Virus record (IMG/VR): IMGVR_UViG_3300032287_001302
Direction: 5' to 3' (one strand)
Source: a virus
DNA length: 58,796 nt
Under the pieces are notes generated by a model. The model was not told the origin of the DNA. It saw only the letters and a list, made by a program, of their open reading frames with translations, and made no database searches. Every line of letters begins with the position of its first letter. The first letter of the stretch is position 1. Below are positions 16,883 to 25,484 of the stretch, in pieces. The position numbers were made by a program, and so were the translations under genes.

Positions 16883-17096
16883 GCACATACCAATCTGCAC
16901 CTGTTGCTATGCAGTACGAGTAGAACCGCATCGTGCAAAACACGAACGCCCGACCTGTATGCAATGCGGTGAGAAGATCGCCCAAAAAGAACTCAAGCGC
17001 AAATCATCCATGTGTCAGCCGATCAACAAGTCAGCGCCGACATACATAAGTGATCCATCCATGCTAATGCAACTTAACCCCAAGAGGACAACATGA
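16875..17096 (+). CDS. Small zinc-ribbon-like protein (73 aa; CTCC...CMQC)
   Basis: GTG at 16875 preceded by GGAGGA; GTGGATGA overlap with the upstream stop. Confidence 0.45.
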   Translation: MDEHIPICTCCYAVRVEPHRAKHERPTCMQCGEKIAQKELKRKSSMCQPINKSAPTYISDPSMLMQLNPKRTT

Positions 17097-17305
17097 AACC
17101 AATCGTATTCTACAAAACCTATTCCGAGCCAATGATGTGCTTGCTGTACGACAGTGCGGACAAACCATTTTGGTGTGCAAAGCTGGAGGTGGTCAATCAC
17201 CCGACCATTGGCGATGGCAACATACGCACAAGCGAGATCGTCAGATTCAACCCAAGAGGTGGGGTCATTGAGACACGCAACACAATCTACGTGCCTCAGG
17301 GGTAA
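17093..17305 (+). CDS. Hypothetical early protein (70 aa)
   Basis: ATGA overlap with the upstream gene. Confidence 0.55.
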   Translation: MKPIVFYKTYSEPMMCLLYDSADKPFWCAKLEVVNHPTIGDGNIRTSEIVRFNPRGGVIETRNTIYVPQG

Positions 17306-17308
17306 ACG

Positions 17309-17518
17309 ATGAAGGTAAGCAAACGCCTTAAACGCCGAGCCTATCGCAAGACAGGCGGACCGCCGAGCATCGGTAACAACTGCAAATCATACGAGCAAGG
17401 TTGTGTGGTATGCGAAGCATACCGCTTCTACGACCAATTCCAACGATTCCCCACGTGGGATGAGATACGCAAAGCAATAGATGAGGTATCCAAATATGAC
17501 ACCAGTAGATATGAATGA
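17309..17518 (+). CDS. Hypothetical basic early protein (69 aa)
   Basis: ORF in a tightly packed early operon. Confidence 0.5.
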   Translation: MKVSKRLKRRAYRKTGGPPSIGNNCKSYEQGCVVCEAYRFYDQFQRFPTWDEIRKAIDEVSKYDTSRYE

Positions 17519-17672
17519 CCCACGAGTAATGATGCACGAAGCAGCTCATGCTTTCTATCATTGGGAGCAAGGCCGATACAACGGACATTCACCACTCACC
17601 GACGACGACCGCCTCACATGGATGCAAGGCTACGTCTATGCACACACTCAAATGAAAGAGAAATCAAAATGA
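17481..17672 (+). CDS. Hypothetical early protein (start uncertain: 17481, 17496 or 17511)
   Basis: ORF with three in-frame ATGs around the upstream stop. Confidence 0.45.
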   Translation: MRYPNMTPVDMNDPRVMMHEAAHAFYHWEQGRYNGHSPLTDDDRLTWMQGYVYAHTQMKEKSK

Positions 17673-17866
17673 AACCAAATGTTATGGTGGGTAAGACCAT
17701 CGCAAGCGTAGAGTTTATAGACAAGGGTGACGATGGTATCCACATCGAGTTTACTGATGGAACAGTTCTCAGCATCAATGAGCGTATGCAAGCAGGGCAA
17801 ATCCAAGTCATCTATGACGGCGAGTTTTTAATGAGCGATTGGGACTTAGACGATGACCAAGAGTGA
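17669..17866 (+). CDS. Hypothetical acidic early protein (65 aa)
   Basis: ATGA overlap at 17669. The N-terminal extension in the track overlaps the upstream gene. Confidence 0.55.
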   Translation: MKPNVMVGKTIASVEFIDKGDDGIHIEFTDGTVLSINERMQAGQIQVIYDGEFLMSDWDLDDDQE

Positions 17867-18014
17867 CATACAACTGACCGACTTCCTCGGCACATGTTGG
17901 CGTGTAGACAAATACGCTTTCAGCACTAATTACTTTCTCGTGTCGTGCATGGTGCGACTGTACAAACGATACGGAGACAGATTCATTGACTTATTTCATG
18001 GGAGAACTAAATGA
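17853..18014 (+). CDS. Hypothetical early protein (53 aa, shorter than the track cutoff)
   Basis: Hand translation MTKSDIQLTDFLGTCWRVDKY...; its stop forms an ATGA overlap with the next start at 18011. Confidence 0.45.
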   Translation: MTKSDIQLTDFLGTCWRVDKYAFSTNYFLVSCMVRLYKRYGDRFIDLFHGRTK

Positions 18015-18289
18015 TCGCAACAGAACCAAAAACAATCTACTACACATATCACACCGATCCCGGCCATGGATGGCTAGAGGTAGGCGTAGACGAACTAATA
18101 CTACTGGGCATCGGGGAAAAGATCAGCTCTTACTCATACATCAATGGAGGCAAGGCGTATCTCGAAGAGGACTGCGACATGGGCTTATTCATTCGCACCA
18201 TGGAGGCTAAGGGTGTCGAGGTCAAGCTTTCACACGTCAATGAGCCCCACAAGGATTCATTCATTCGCTCATACCGGAGGTTCCCATGA
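18011..18289 (+). CDS. Hypothetical early protein (92 aa)
   Basis: ATGA coupling at both ends. Confidence 0.55.
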   Translation: MIATEPKTIYYTYHTDPGHGWLEVGVDELILLGIGEKISSYSYINGGKAYLEEDCDMGLFIRTMEAKGVEVKLSHVNEPHKDSFIRSYRRFP

Positions 18290-18372
18290 CATGGGAGAAA
18301 TTTGAAAGGGTAGTGTTCTTGCTAGCGTTGGTCGTGCTAGCACTGGACTTGTTAGTATGGCGACCGAATTAA
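18286..18372 (+). CDS. Tiny single-pass membrane peptide (28 aa)
   Basis: Hand translation MTWEKFERVVFLLALVVLALDLLVWRPN; ATGA overlap with the upstream stop. Confidence 0.35.
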   Translation: MTWEKFERVVFLLALVVLALDLLVWRPN

Positions 18373-18399
18373 TCACCACTCACTTACTTAAGGAACTTT

Positions 18400-19410
18400 A
18401 TGCGTTATTCAAACATCAAGAAGTCTGTCGTCGAGCAGTTCAAAGCCCCTCAGGGTCACAAGATCGTGCCATTCATCCTCGGTGCTCCCGGTGGTGGTAA
18501 GTCAGCTTGTGCTCGTGAGATCATGGACGAGCTTGGCCTCGATACTGTCGTGGAGTTCACGGCTTCATTGCGTGACCCTGTGGATGTGCTCGGTACACCT
18601 AACAACACTGGCGAGTTCACTCGGTGGGTTCCGCCCGAAGAGTTCTACAAGCTACGCAAGGGTCGTGTCGGTCTGATCTTGGAAGAGTTGTCCGATGCTC
18701 CGATCCCCATGCAGAACGCATTGTGCGGTGTAGTGTATGACCGCCGTGCCGGTAATCTGATGCTAGCCAACGAGCAGACCCCTGAGGATGTACTGTTCAT
18801 CATTGCCACTGGCAATCGTACCGAAGACAAGTCAGGTGCTAATCGCATCACATCCAAGCTAGCCAATCGTACTCGTCGCTTTGACTTCCAAGAGAATCTC
18901 GATGACCTGACCGCCTATGCACTAGACAGTGGATGGAAGACTGACTTGATTCAGTTCTTGCGATTCAGACCCGGCCTGATCTCTGACTTTGATGCCAATC
19001 GCTTTGCCAACCCAACGCCTCGTTCATGGGAGCGTGTCAGCCTCGTGCCTGATTCCTTGGACGCATCGCTGTTCTTGGAGAATGTCATTGGCGAGGTCGG
19101 TGAGGGTGCGGCCGCTGAGTATGTTGGTTTCCGTCGTATCTACTCGCAACTGCCTAACATCGATGCTCTCTTGCTTGATCCCAAGGGTGCTCAGGTTCCG
19201 ACTGACCCTGCGGTGCGGTATGCGATAACAGGTGCTCTTGCTCGTAAGGCCACGGTGGACAACATCGATCGGGTCATGGCTTACACATCACGTCTTCCTG
19301 CCGAGTTTGCGGTGATGACCATCAAGGACTCCATCAAGCTAGCGCCTAAGATTACACAGACACGTGCGTTTATCGAATGGTCTACTGCCAATGCAGAGGT
19401 GCTGATGTGA
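18400..19410 (+). CDS. MoxR/CbbQ-like AAA+ ATPase (AAA_5 type, 336 aa)
   Basis: Walker A GAPGGGKS, Walker B-like GLILEE, sensor-1-like IIATGN. Confidence 0.8.
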   Translation: MRYSNIKKSVVEQFKAPQGHKIVPFILGAPGGGKSACAREIMDELGLDTVVEFTASLRDPVDVLGTPNNTGEFTRWVPPEEFYKLRKGRVGLILEELSDAPIPMQNALCGVVYDRRAGNLMLANEQTPEDVLFIIATGNRTEDKSGANRITSKLANRTRRFDFQENLDDLTAYALDSGWKTDLIQFLRFRPGLISDFDANRFANPTPRSWERVSLVPDSLDASLFLENVIGEVGEGAAAEYVGFRRIYSQLPNIDALLLDPKGAQVPTDPAVRYAITGALARKATVDNIDRVMAYTSRLPAEFAVMTIKDSIKLAPKITQTRAFIEWSTANAEVLM

Positions 19411-19595
19411 CATGGGTGTACAGTCCATCTGTTGATGTGTACTACCTGATGGGAAAAGGTAGACAGTACGCACACATCGTTGTAGCAGCAGGGCTTGTGC
19501 ATTGGGTGTGCTTGAGTTCAACTGATCCGCCCACTAAGTTCTACAACTTAGACGAAGCCAAGGCATACACATTAGCTATGGTGAGGCTATCGTGA
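19407..19595 (+). CDS. Hypothetical protein (62 aa, GTG start)
   Basis: GTGA overlap with the ATPase stop; weak similarity to the next ORF. Confidence 0.4.
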   Translation: MTWVYSPSVDVYYLMGKGRQYAHIVVAAGLVHWVCLSSTDPPTKFYNLDEAKAYTLAMVRLS

Positions 19596-19822
19596 AGTAT
19601 GTATGGGTAGCCAGTACCGAATACTCACACACGTTGTTCAAGCAACATCCCGACCACAAGATACCTCAGAAAATGGCATGGGTGTCTTGTGTGTTTCCCT
19701 CTGATCATCACCCACAAACAAGGTGGAGAGTACGAATAGTAGCTACTGGCGAACCGTGCACTGCACTTACATTGCAAGAAGCCAAAGACTGGGCTATATC
19801 AGTCATCCTACTAACTCAATGA
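19592..19822 (+). CDS. Hypothetical protein (76 aa, GTG start)
   Basis: GTGA overlap with the upstream stop. Confidence 0.45.
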   Translation: MKYVWVASTEYSHTLFKQHPDHKIPQKMAWVSCVFPSDHHPQTRWRVRIVATGEPCTALTLQEAKDWAISVILLTQ

Positions 19823-19831
19823 AAGGTAACT

Positions 19832-20707
19832 ATGCAACACGCAAAACTCTCCGACAAGGTAATTCTTGTCAAGCTCACGCAAAGACGTGCACCACTCACC
19901 AAGCGCGACAAGGCGCTGACCGACCAACTGCAAACGCAGTACAACGATAACTCACTGACGGCAATCTACAAGTTGTTTCGTGATATCAACAGTCCCATCA
20001 ACAAGCTGATGAAGAAGCACAACGAGGTCTATGCGTATCACAAGCAGAACACCATACCCCACATCGATGCAGGTCCAAGGATGCTCCCCTCTACGCTGTA
20101 CTTTGAGTATGCACAAGAGATGAAGCAACGTGTGGCGGTGATGGAGAAGATGGCCAATCAGTGCTATCAGGACTATGACCAAATCGTGCAAGATGATGTA
20201 ATGTTCCGCAACAGTGGCCATGCATCGGGCAGAGCTAACAAGGATGAGTATCCAACGGCAGAGCAGTTCCGCAATGCGGTGGGTAGTGACTTGCGGTTCT
20301 CTCCCATGCCTGACAAGCGTCACTTCCTGTTCGATCTGTCTGATGAGGACTTGGCTGAGTTCGATAGGGCTGAGGCAGAGCTTGCATCCGTGGCTCGTGA
20401 GGACACCATCAACCGCATGCTCAAACCACTGGCTGATCTAACACGCAGACTTGGTGAGTATCAGGGCAACAAAGGTGAACGCTTTCACAATTCACTCATG
20501 GAGAATGTGCTCGAGGGTTGCACAACGGCTCGTAAGTTAGCGATCGATCCGTCACCGGAGTTAGTGCAGGAGATCAATGCGATCGAGCAACTTGCCAGTA
20601 ACTACTTGCAGAACGTGGAGATCATCAAGGGTTCAGCCAATGCTCGTGTCGAGGCTCGTAAGAAGCTAGACGAAGCAACTGAGCGTTTATCAGCATACAA
20701 CTTCTAA
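19832..20707 (+). CDS. Hypothetical protein (291 aa) between the AAA+ and VWA genes; possibly DUF3150-like
   Basis: Helical, charged composition. The family assignment is from memory of gene neighbourhoods only. Confidence 0.55.
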   Translation: MQHAKLSDKVILVKLTQRRAPLTKRDKALTDQLQTQYNDNSLTAIYKLFRDINSPINKLMKKHNEVYAYHKQNTIPHIDAGPRMLPSTLYFEYAQEMKQRVAVMEKMANQCYQDYDQIVQDDVMFRNSGHASGRANKDEYPTAEQFRNAVGSDLRFSPMPDKRHFLFDLSDEDLAEFDRAEAELASVAREDTINRMLKPLADLTRRLGEYQGNKGERFHNSLMENVLEGCTTARKLAIDPSPELVQEINAIEQLASNYLQNVEIIKGSANARVEARKKLDEATERLSAYNF

Positions 20708-20715
20708 GGAACACA

Positions 20716-21276
20716 ATGATGCGACCAAATTTATATCAGGCATCTAGGATGCTAACGACTGTCGGTGTAACGGCTGACATTCAGTTCAACCCAACGCAAG
20801 TCACTAACCGGATGCGCAAATCTATTCAACGCCAAGTTGAGTCAGGCAATATCGTAGGTGGTTGGTCATCCCATGCGGCTAGGCTTGCCAAGGTATTGTG
20901 TGAGCAGTTCAACTTGCCATACATACGAGGTGACTATTGGGGCTTGCATGTGCAGTTCACTAGCGAAGAGGCTCGTGCGGAAGCAGCGGCTTTGATCAAA
21001 GCTGACTTTGCAGCGTACATGCTAACTCAGGCAGGCAATGACCATCACACATGGATACAACGGTCTAAGGCTAGAGTACAGCAAGACATAGATGCTATTT
21101 TGGCCGGTGAGGCTAGTCACATTCGATTCCATAGCGACAAAGTGTATGTGAATATGATGCGTGACCTATTCGTCAAGGCTCGTCGTGCATCCGATGTATT
21201 CAACGCAAAGCAAGTATCTAACATGCTCAATCAAGATTCTCCCATCCGTATCAACCAACACAACTGGAAAGACTAA
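20716..21276 (+). CDS. Hypothetical protein (186 aa)
   Basis: ORF within the MoxR-VWA cluster. Confidence 0.55.
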   Translation: MMRPNLYQASRMLTTVGVTADIQFNPTQVTNRMRKSIQRQVESGNIVGGWSSHAARLAKVLCEQFNLPYIRGDYWGLHVQFTSEEARAEAAALIKADFAAYMLTQAGNDHHTWIQRSKARVQQDIDAILAGEASHIRFHSDKVYVNMMRDLFVKARRASDVFNAKQVSNMLNQDSPIRINQHNWKD

Positions 21277-21278
21277 TC

Positions 21279-22388
21279 ATGGCAATTACAACATTAGACA
21301 AAGCTAAAGTGTCCATCGTGACACAACATCCCTTCTTTGCTTCCATGCTCATGAAGCGCCAGCTCATCGAAGACGAGAGCATCAAGACAGCAGCTGTCGA
21401 TCAGCGCGGTCAGATATACATCAACCCCAAGTGGTTCGAGACACTCAGCGTCGATGAGATCGTGTTCGTACTGGCTCACGAGGTTGGCCACATCATGGGT
21501 CAGCATGCCTTGCGTCGTGGCTCTCGTACCCCCAAGCGTTGGAACATTGCAGGCGATGCGTGGATCAATGACATGCTCAAGGATGCCGGCATCGGTGATC
21601 CTATTGCAGGGTGCGTGGACATGCCCGGCTCCAAGGACAGAACAACTGATGCTATCTACAACGACTTGCCTGATGATCCTGATGGTGACGGACCCGGCGG
21701 TACAGGCGACGACATTATCGAGCGAGGCTCACCACTCACCTCAGAAGAGGCTGATCGCTTAGACGTTGAGACCCGTGTCGAGATAGCCCAAGCAGCGCAA
21801 GCGGCTAAGGCTCAGGGTAAGTTGCCCGGTGCACTGGCTAAGATCATCGCTGACTTGATCGATCCCGGCACACCATGGTACGACGTACTCGAGCGTTACA
21901 TGACAAGCTATGTTCGTGGAGACTATTCGTGGGCTCGCCCCAATCGTAGGTTCAAGGACTACTTGCCTAGCGTAGGCCGTGTCCAAGAGATGGGCGAGGT
22001 CGTCATCCAAGTCGATGTGTCCGGCTCTATTACACAGCAAGAGTTGTCGTACTACCAAGGTCACTTGGCTCGTATTCTGGAGCAGTGCAACCCCGAGCGT
22101 GTACACTTACTGTATGTAGATACAGGTGTTCGCTTGCACAAAGTGTTTGAACGTGGCGACGAATTTCAGTTAGAGTTCTACTCAGGCGGTGGCACGGACA
22201 TGGAATATGGCTTTGAGTTCCTTGCCAAGGAAGGTATTGAGCCTGAGGTATTCGTCTGTTTGACAGATGGTTACACCAGTTTCAGCGAGAGTAACAGCCC
22301 TGCCTACCCTGTCGTATGGTGTATTTCTAGTGATGTGGAAGCGCCTTACGGCGACACCATCCACTTTACTATGGAAGAAACTGTATGA
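21279..22388 (+). CDS. VWA-domain protein with an N-terminal HExxH metallopeptidase-like domain (DUF2201_N/DUF2201 architecture, 369 aa)
   Basis: LAHEVGHIMGQH motif, then MIDAS-like VQVDVSGSI. Confidence 0.75.
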   Translation: MAITTLDKAKVSIVTQHPFFASMLMKRQLIEDESIKTAAVDQRGQIYINPKWFETLSVDEIVFVLAHEVGHIMGQHALRRGSRTPKRWNIAGDAWINDMLKDAGIGDPIAGCVDMPGSKDRTTDAIYNDLPDDPDGDGPGGTGDDIIERGSPLTSEEADRLDVETRVEIAQAAQAAKAQGKLPGALAKIIADLIDPGTPWYDVLERYMTSYVRGDYSWARPNRRFKDYLPSVGRVQEMGEVVIQVDVSGSITQQELSYYQGHLARILEQCNPERVHLLYVDTGVRLHKVFERGDEFQLEFYSGGGTDMEYGFEFLAKEGIEPEVFVCLTDGYTSFSESNSPAYPVVWCISSDVEAPYGDTIHFTMEETV

Positions 22389-22534
22389 ATGAAGACCTCA
22401 AAGGCTTAATCGATAGCTACAACTATCTATTGCAACGATGCAGTGAGGCGCTAGCGCCGGGCATGCAACAAGAGCAACGAACCCAACTAAAAGAAGCGGT
22501 AGATACCTTTCTCGAGGCATCACAAACCGACTAA
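22385..22534 (+). CDS. Hypothetical protein (49 aa, shorter than the track cutoff)
   Basis: ATGA overlap with the VWA gene stop, followed directly by a terminator. Confidence 0.4.
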   Translation: MNEDLKGLIDSYNYLLQRCSEALAPGMQQEQRTQLKEAVDTFLEASQTD

Positions 22535-22539
22535 ACCCT

Positions 22540-22560
22540 ACCCGCTTCGGCGGGTTTCTT
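22540..22560 (+). terminator. Rho-independent terminator
   Basis: ACCCGC-TTCG-GCGGGT followed by TTCTT. Confidence 0.7.
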
Positions 22561-22584
22561 ACTTAATCAATCAAAGGAAATACA

Positions 22585-23253
22585 ATGGCTACCGTATACA
22601 TCACACAACAACTCTCAAGTGAAGTCTCTAGCGTTATCAAGCGCATGCGAGAGGCTGAGATCATCACCAACAACGCCGAGGTTGGCAAGCCCATCGAGTT
22701 AGACACATCAGGGTTTCTGACCAAGGCCATGTGGGGCAGTCACTTGCATCTAAAGGATCAGATGCCTGAGGAATGGTTGGGCGTAAACACAAGCCCGATT
22801 CTAAACATTCATATGCCCATTGACGATGCTGGCAATAAAGTCGTCCACGGCATCAGCTTTAAAAATCAGAATGTGACCAATCGCCCCAACAATGATCGTT
22901 GGAGTGAGCCTAAGATTTCTTGCAAGAAGGCTTACCTTGAAGCCAATGTAGACATGGCAGGGGTGCAGAATGTCTTGAACTACCTTGAGCGCATCGAACT
23001 CAACGCAGAGATCAAGGCTCGTTGGGCTAAAGTCGAGGGTGATATCATGGCGTTCCTTGGCAAGTGCAAGTCACTCAATGAGGCACTCAAGCTATGGCCG
23101 GGCGTGAAGATGTACATCCCACGGGAATACATCGAGCGTGTGGAGCGTAAGGTCGAGCGCAAGGTTCGTGAGAAAGAAATCCTTGACGACACCCCAGTGG
23201 ACACCTTAACCGCAGCAGCTATCGCTGCAAGACTATCAGGGATCACAGCATGA
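22585..23253 (+). CDS. Hypothetical protein (222 aa)
   Basis: AAAGGAAA ribosome-binding site; starts a new unit after the terminator. Confidence 0.6.
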   Translation: MATVYITQQLSSEVSSVIKRMREAEIITNNAEVGKPIELDTSGFLTKAMWGSHLHLKDQMPEEWLGVNTSPILNIHMPIDDAGNKVVHGISFKNQNVTNRPNNDRWSEPKISCKKAYLEANVDMAGVQNVLNYLERIELNAEIKARWAKVEGDIMAFLGKCKSLNEALKLWPGVKMYIPREYIERVERKVERKVREKEILDDTPVDTLTAAAIAARLSGITA

Positions 23254-23429
23254 CATTTACCAGTATGTTTGAGTTACGTCACAAGGCGCGAGCCTTGTAC
23301 AACAACGACATGGTTCCCGAGCACATCAATCGGCACAACCAACGCCAATGGGTACGCGCAGTAATACGTCTCGGAGACAAATGGTTAATTGCCAAACAAG
23401 TAAAGCGGATAGAAAATCCAACTACTTAA
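23250..23429 (+). CDS. Hypothetical basic protein (59 aa, shorter than the track cutoff)
   Basis: ATGA overlap; hand translation MTFTSMFELRHKARALYNNDMVPEHINRHNQRQWVRAV.. Confidence 0.45.
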   Translation: MTFTSMFELRHKARALYNNDMVPEHINRHNQRQWVRAVIRLGDKWLIAKQVKRIENPTT

Positions 23430-23505
23430 GGGTTCATCCCTATATACACACGTGGGGCTCGCCCCCACAATTCTCTTTCACCACTCATTCATTCATGGAG
23501 TATTT

Positions 23506-24027
23506 ATGCCCGACTTAAAATCAGCCCTTTCCGCAGTAGCAAATCAAATCTCTTTCGACGACGTAGAAGAAGTCGATACAACCCCTAAGTACCCAAGCTT
23601 CTCTGAGCAACTCTTTTATTGGTTCGTGGCTAACCCTGCGTCCACAGTACAAGAAGCCAAGGCCGCGCTTAACTTAGATAACGATGGCCCAGTCTCAGGT
23701 CGCGTCTTTCAGATGTGGTCAAAGGGCTTGCTCTCTCGGTCCGAAGGATCAGGCTCGTACCGTTACACACCAACTCAAACTGTGTATCCCACGTTTACCA
23801 TTGAGAAACGCCGGGAGATGATGAAGAAGGCCATTGAAGCACGCAAGTCTAAGCCTAAGAAAATCAAGGTCAAGAAGGTCGCTAAGGTAGTGAATGTCGT
23901 ATCTCTACCGCCTAAAGCCGCACCGAGCCTGAACGCTCATCCCAATGCAGAGCAGATCGTCAACAGTATGTCTGTTGGCTTAGCTAAAGCGGTGTACTTG
24001 GAACTCAAGAAAGTATTTGAAGCATGA
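23506..24027 (+). CDS. Putative winged-helix DNA-binding protein with a lysine-rich linker (173 aa)
   Basis: GGAG 5 nt before the ATG at 23506; the STVQEAKAALNLDNDGPVSGRVFQMWSKGLLSR segment looks wHTH-like. Confidence 0.45.
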   Translation: MPDLKSALSAVANQISFDDVEEVDTTPKYPSFSEQLFYWFVANPASTVQEAKAALNLDNDGPVSGRVFQMWSKGLLSRSEGSGSYRYTPTQTVYPTFTIEKRREMMKKAIEARKSKPKKIKVKKVAKVVNVVSLPPKAAPSLNAHPNAEQIVNSMSVGLAKAVYLELKKVFEA

Positions 24028-24191
24028 ACGATGAAACCAATATCATCGACCGCCTAACCCGCATCGAGACACGCTTAGCCAAGTTCATGGAAGCGTTTGG
24101 CCTCAATCCTTACACAGGCAAGATCGACCATACAAGAGAAAAGCAATTTAACTTACCCAAACCAAAGGAGAAACAAGATGAGCGCAAATGA
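24024..24191 (+). CDS. Hypothetical protein (55 aa, shorter than the track cutoff)
   Basis: ATGA overlap with the upstream stop; overlaps the next start by 14 nt. Confidence 0.4.
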   Translation: MNDETNIIDRLTRIETRLAKFMEAFGLNPYTGKIDHTREKQFNLPKPKEKQDERK

Positions 24192-24396
24192 TATGCAGGT
24201 TGGCGGTGAGCACTACCAATCAAAATCCATACAGCCATGGGATGCCATGCAAGCTTGGATGACACCTGACCAGTTCAAAGGCTTCTTGTGGGGCAATGTC
24301 ATCAAGTACATTGCACGTTGGCAAGACAAAGGCGGTGTGGAAGACCTACGCAAAGCCCGTCACTACATGGACAAGCTGATTGAGGTGCAAGTATGA
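24178..24396 (+). CDS. DUF3310-family protein (72 aa)
   Basis: AAGGAG ribosome-binding site; GGEHYQ..IQPWD..GNVIKYIARW..DLRKARHY pattern. Confidence 0.65.
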   Translation: MSANDMQVGGEHYQSKSIQPWDAMQAWMTPDQFKGFLWGNVIKYIARWQDKGGVEDLRKARHYMDKLIEVQV

Positions 24397-24668
24397 GTAA
24401 CATCATACAAGGTATGGCAAATACCCCATGGATTACCAACAACAATGTGACAGCCAAGCTCGATGCCAACTACCCCTACACAACCGGGCATAACAACATG
24501 ATTGTATTCAAAGGGCTTGTGGAAGTAGAGCGAGCCGCTAATGGATTTGTTGTTCGTATCGGTACAAGGCAAGGCGATGTAGCCACAACATACGTGGCCA
24601 AGGATGTGTCGGAAGTTAACGGCATCATCACTGCTGAGATGGTCAAATTCAAACTGGAGGACAAATGA
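24393..24668 (+). CDS. Hypothetical protein (91 aa)
   Basis: ATGA coupling at both ends. Confidence 0.55.
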   Translation: MSNIIQGMANTPWITNNNVTAKLDANYPYTTGHNNMIVFKGLVEVERAANGFVVRIGTRQGDVATTYVAKDVSEVNGIITAEMVKFKLEDK

Positions 24669-24871
24669 ACGACTTACTTTACTTTTTTATTGCACCAATG
24701 ACCGTTGCAGTGCTTGTCCTGTTGTACAAGATGAAGGTGGCCGAGCGTGAATGGGTTAGCTTGACCAAAGAAGAGATTTACCACTTGTGGGATACCAACT
24801 CAGAAAAGTTTGGCGGCGTGGAAGAATTCGGTAGAGCGCTCGAGCATGCCATACAGGAGAAGAATCCATGA
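24665..24871 (+). CDS. Small protein with an N-terminal transmembrane segment (68 aa)
   Basis: ATGA coupling; hydrophobic stretch LLYFFIAPMTVAVLVLLY. Confidence 0.5.
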   Translation: MNDLLYFFIAPMTVAVLVLLYKMKVAEREWVSLTKEEIYHLWDTNSEKFGGVEEFGRALEHAIQEKNP

Positions 24872-25068
24872 CACTAATAGACAAAAGATGTTGGGAACGT
24901 GGATGCGCTTGTTACGATAGCCGGGTCGCTGATGAGACTGTAAAGGTTGTACAACGCAACGATGTACTGGAAGAAGTTGCTCAAGAGTTTGATGCCATGC
25001 GTATTGCGTTTGGTGATACAGCCGATAGCTTTGCTACGTATGTCAGGGACATGAAGATTGAAAAGTAA
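24868..25068 (+). CDS. Hypothetical protein (66 aa)
   Basis: ATGA coupling. Confidence 0.5.
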   Translation: MTLIDKRCWERGCACYDSRVADETVKVVQRNDVLEEVAQEFDAMRIAFGDTADSFATYVRDMKIEK

Positions 25069-25333
25069 CCACAACATCATTCGAGACTTACTCAAACGAC
25101 ACCCCGATGGTTTGAAGTCAAGCGAGATAGCTAAGCTAACTGGCATAGACAATCGTTCTGTCAACAAATCATTGGAGAGTGTCTTTGGTGTGTATGTCGA
25201 TCGATGGGAAAAAGCAACCTACCGAAATACTCTAGCAGCCGTTTGGGTTGTCGTAGATGTGCCTGAGAACTGCCCGAAACCTAATAACACTGGAAGGAGA
25301 TCGCGTGAACGGCTTTGTGAAAAGGCAGATTGA
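25058..25333 (+). CDS. Putative HTH/winged-helix DNA-binding protein (91 aa, TTG start)
   Basis: GLKSSEIAKLTGIDNRSVNKSLESV looks like a helix-turn-helix. Confidence 0.45.
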   Translation: MKSNHNIIRDLLKRHPDGLKSSEIAKLTGIDNRSVNKSLESVFGVYVDRWEKATYRNTLAAVWVVVDVPENCPKPNNTGRRSRERLCEKAD

Positions 25334-25484
25334 TATTGGTAGCAGACAACCAATGCATCAGTTAAAACTTTGCAACAAATGCGAAGAGAAAAGACCGCCC
25401 GAAGGCGGCGTTCAAATGAACCCAAGTAGATGGTATTGCGCTTCATGTTGGGCAAAGAAAGTAACCGTTAGGAACCTAAAATGA
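25305..25484 (+). CDS. Small zinc-ribbon protein (59 aa; CNKC...CASC)
   Basis: GTG at 25305 preceded by GGAAGGAGA; its stop forms an ATGA overlap with the polymerase start. Confidence 0.45.
   Translation: MNGFVKRQIDIGSRQPMHQLKLCNKCEEKRPPEGGVQMNPSRWYCASCWAKKVTVRNLK

Noticed and set aside
22561-22587. TACAAT directly before the ATG of the 222-aa gene as a -10 box
   Set aside because: The transcription start would fall inside the coding region, and no -35 element lies at a sensible spacing.
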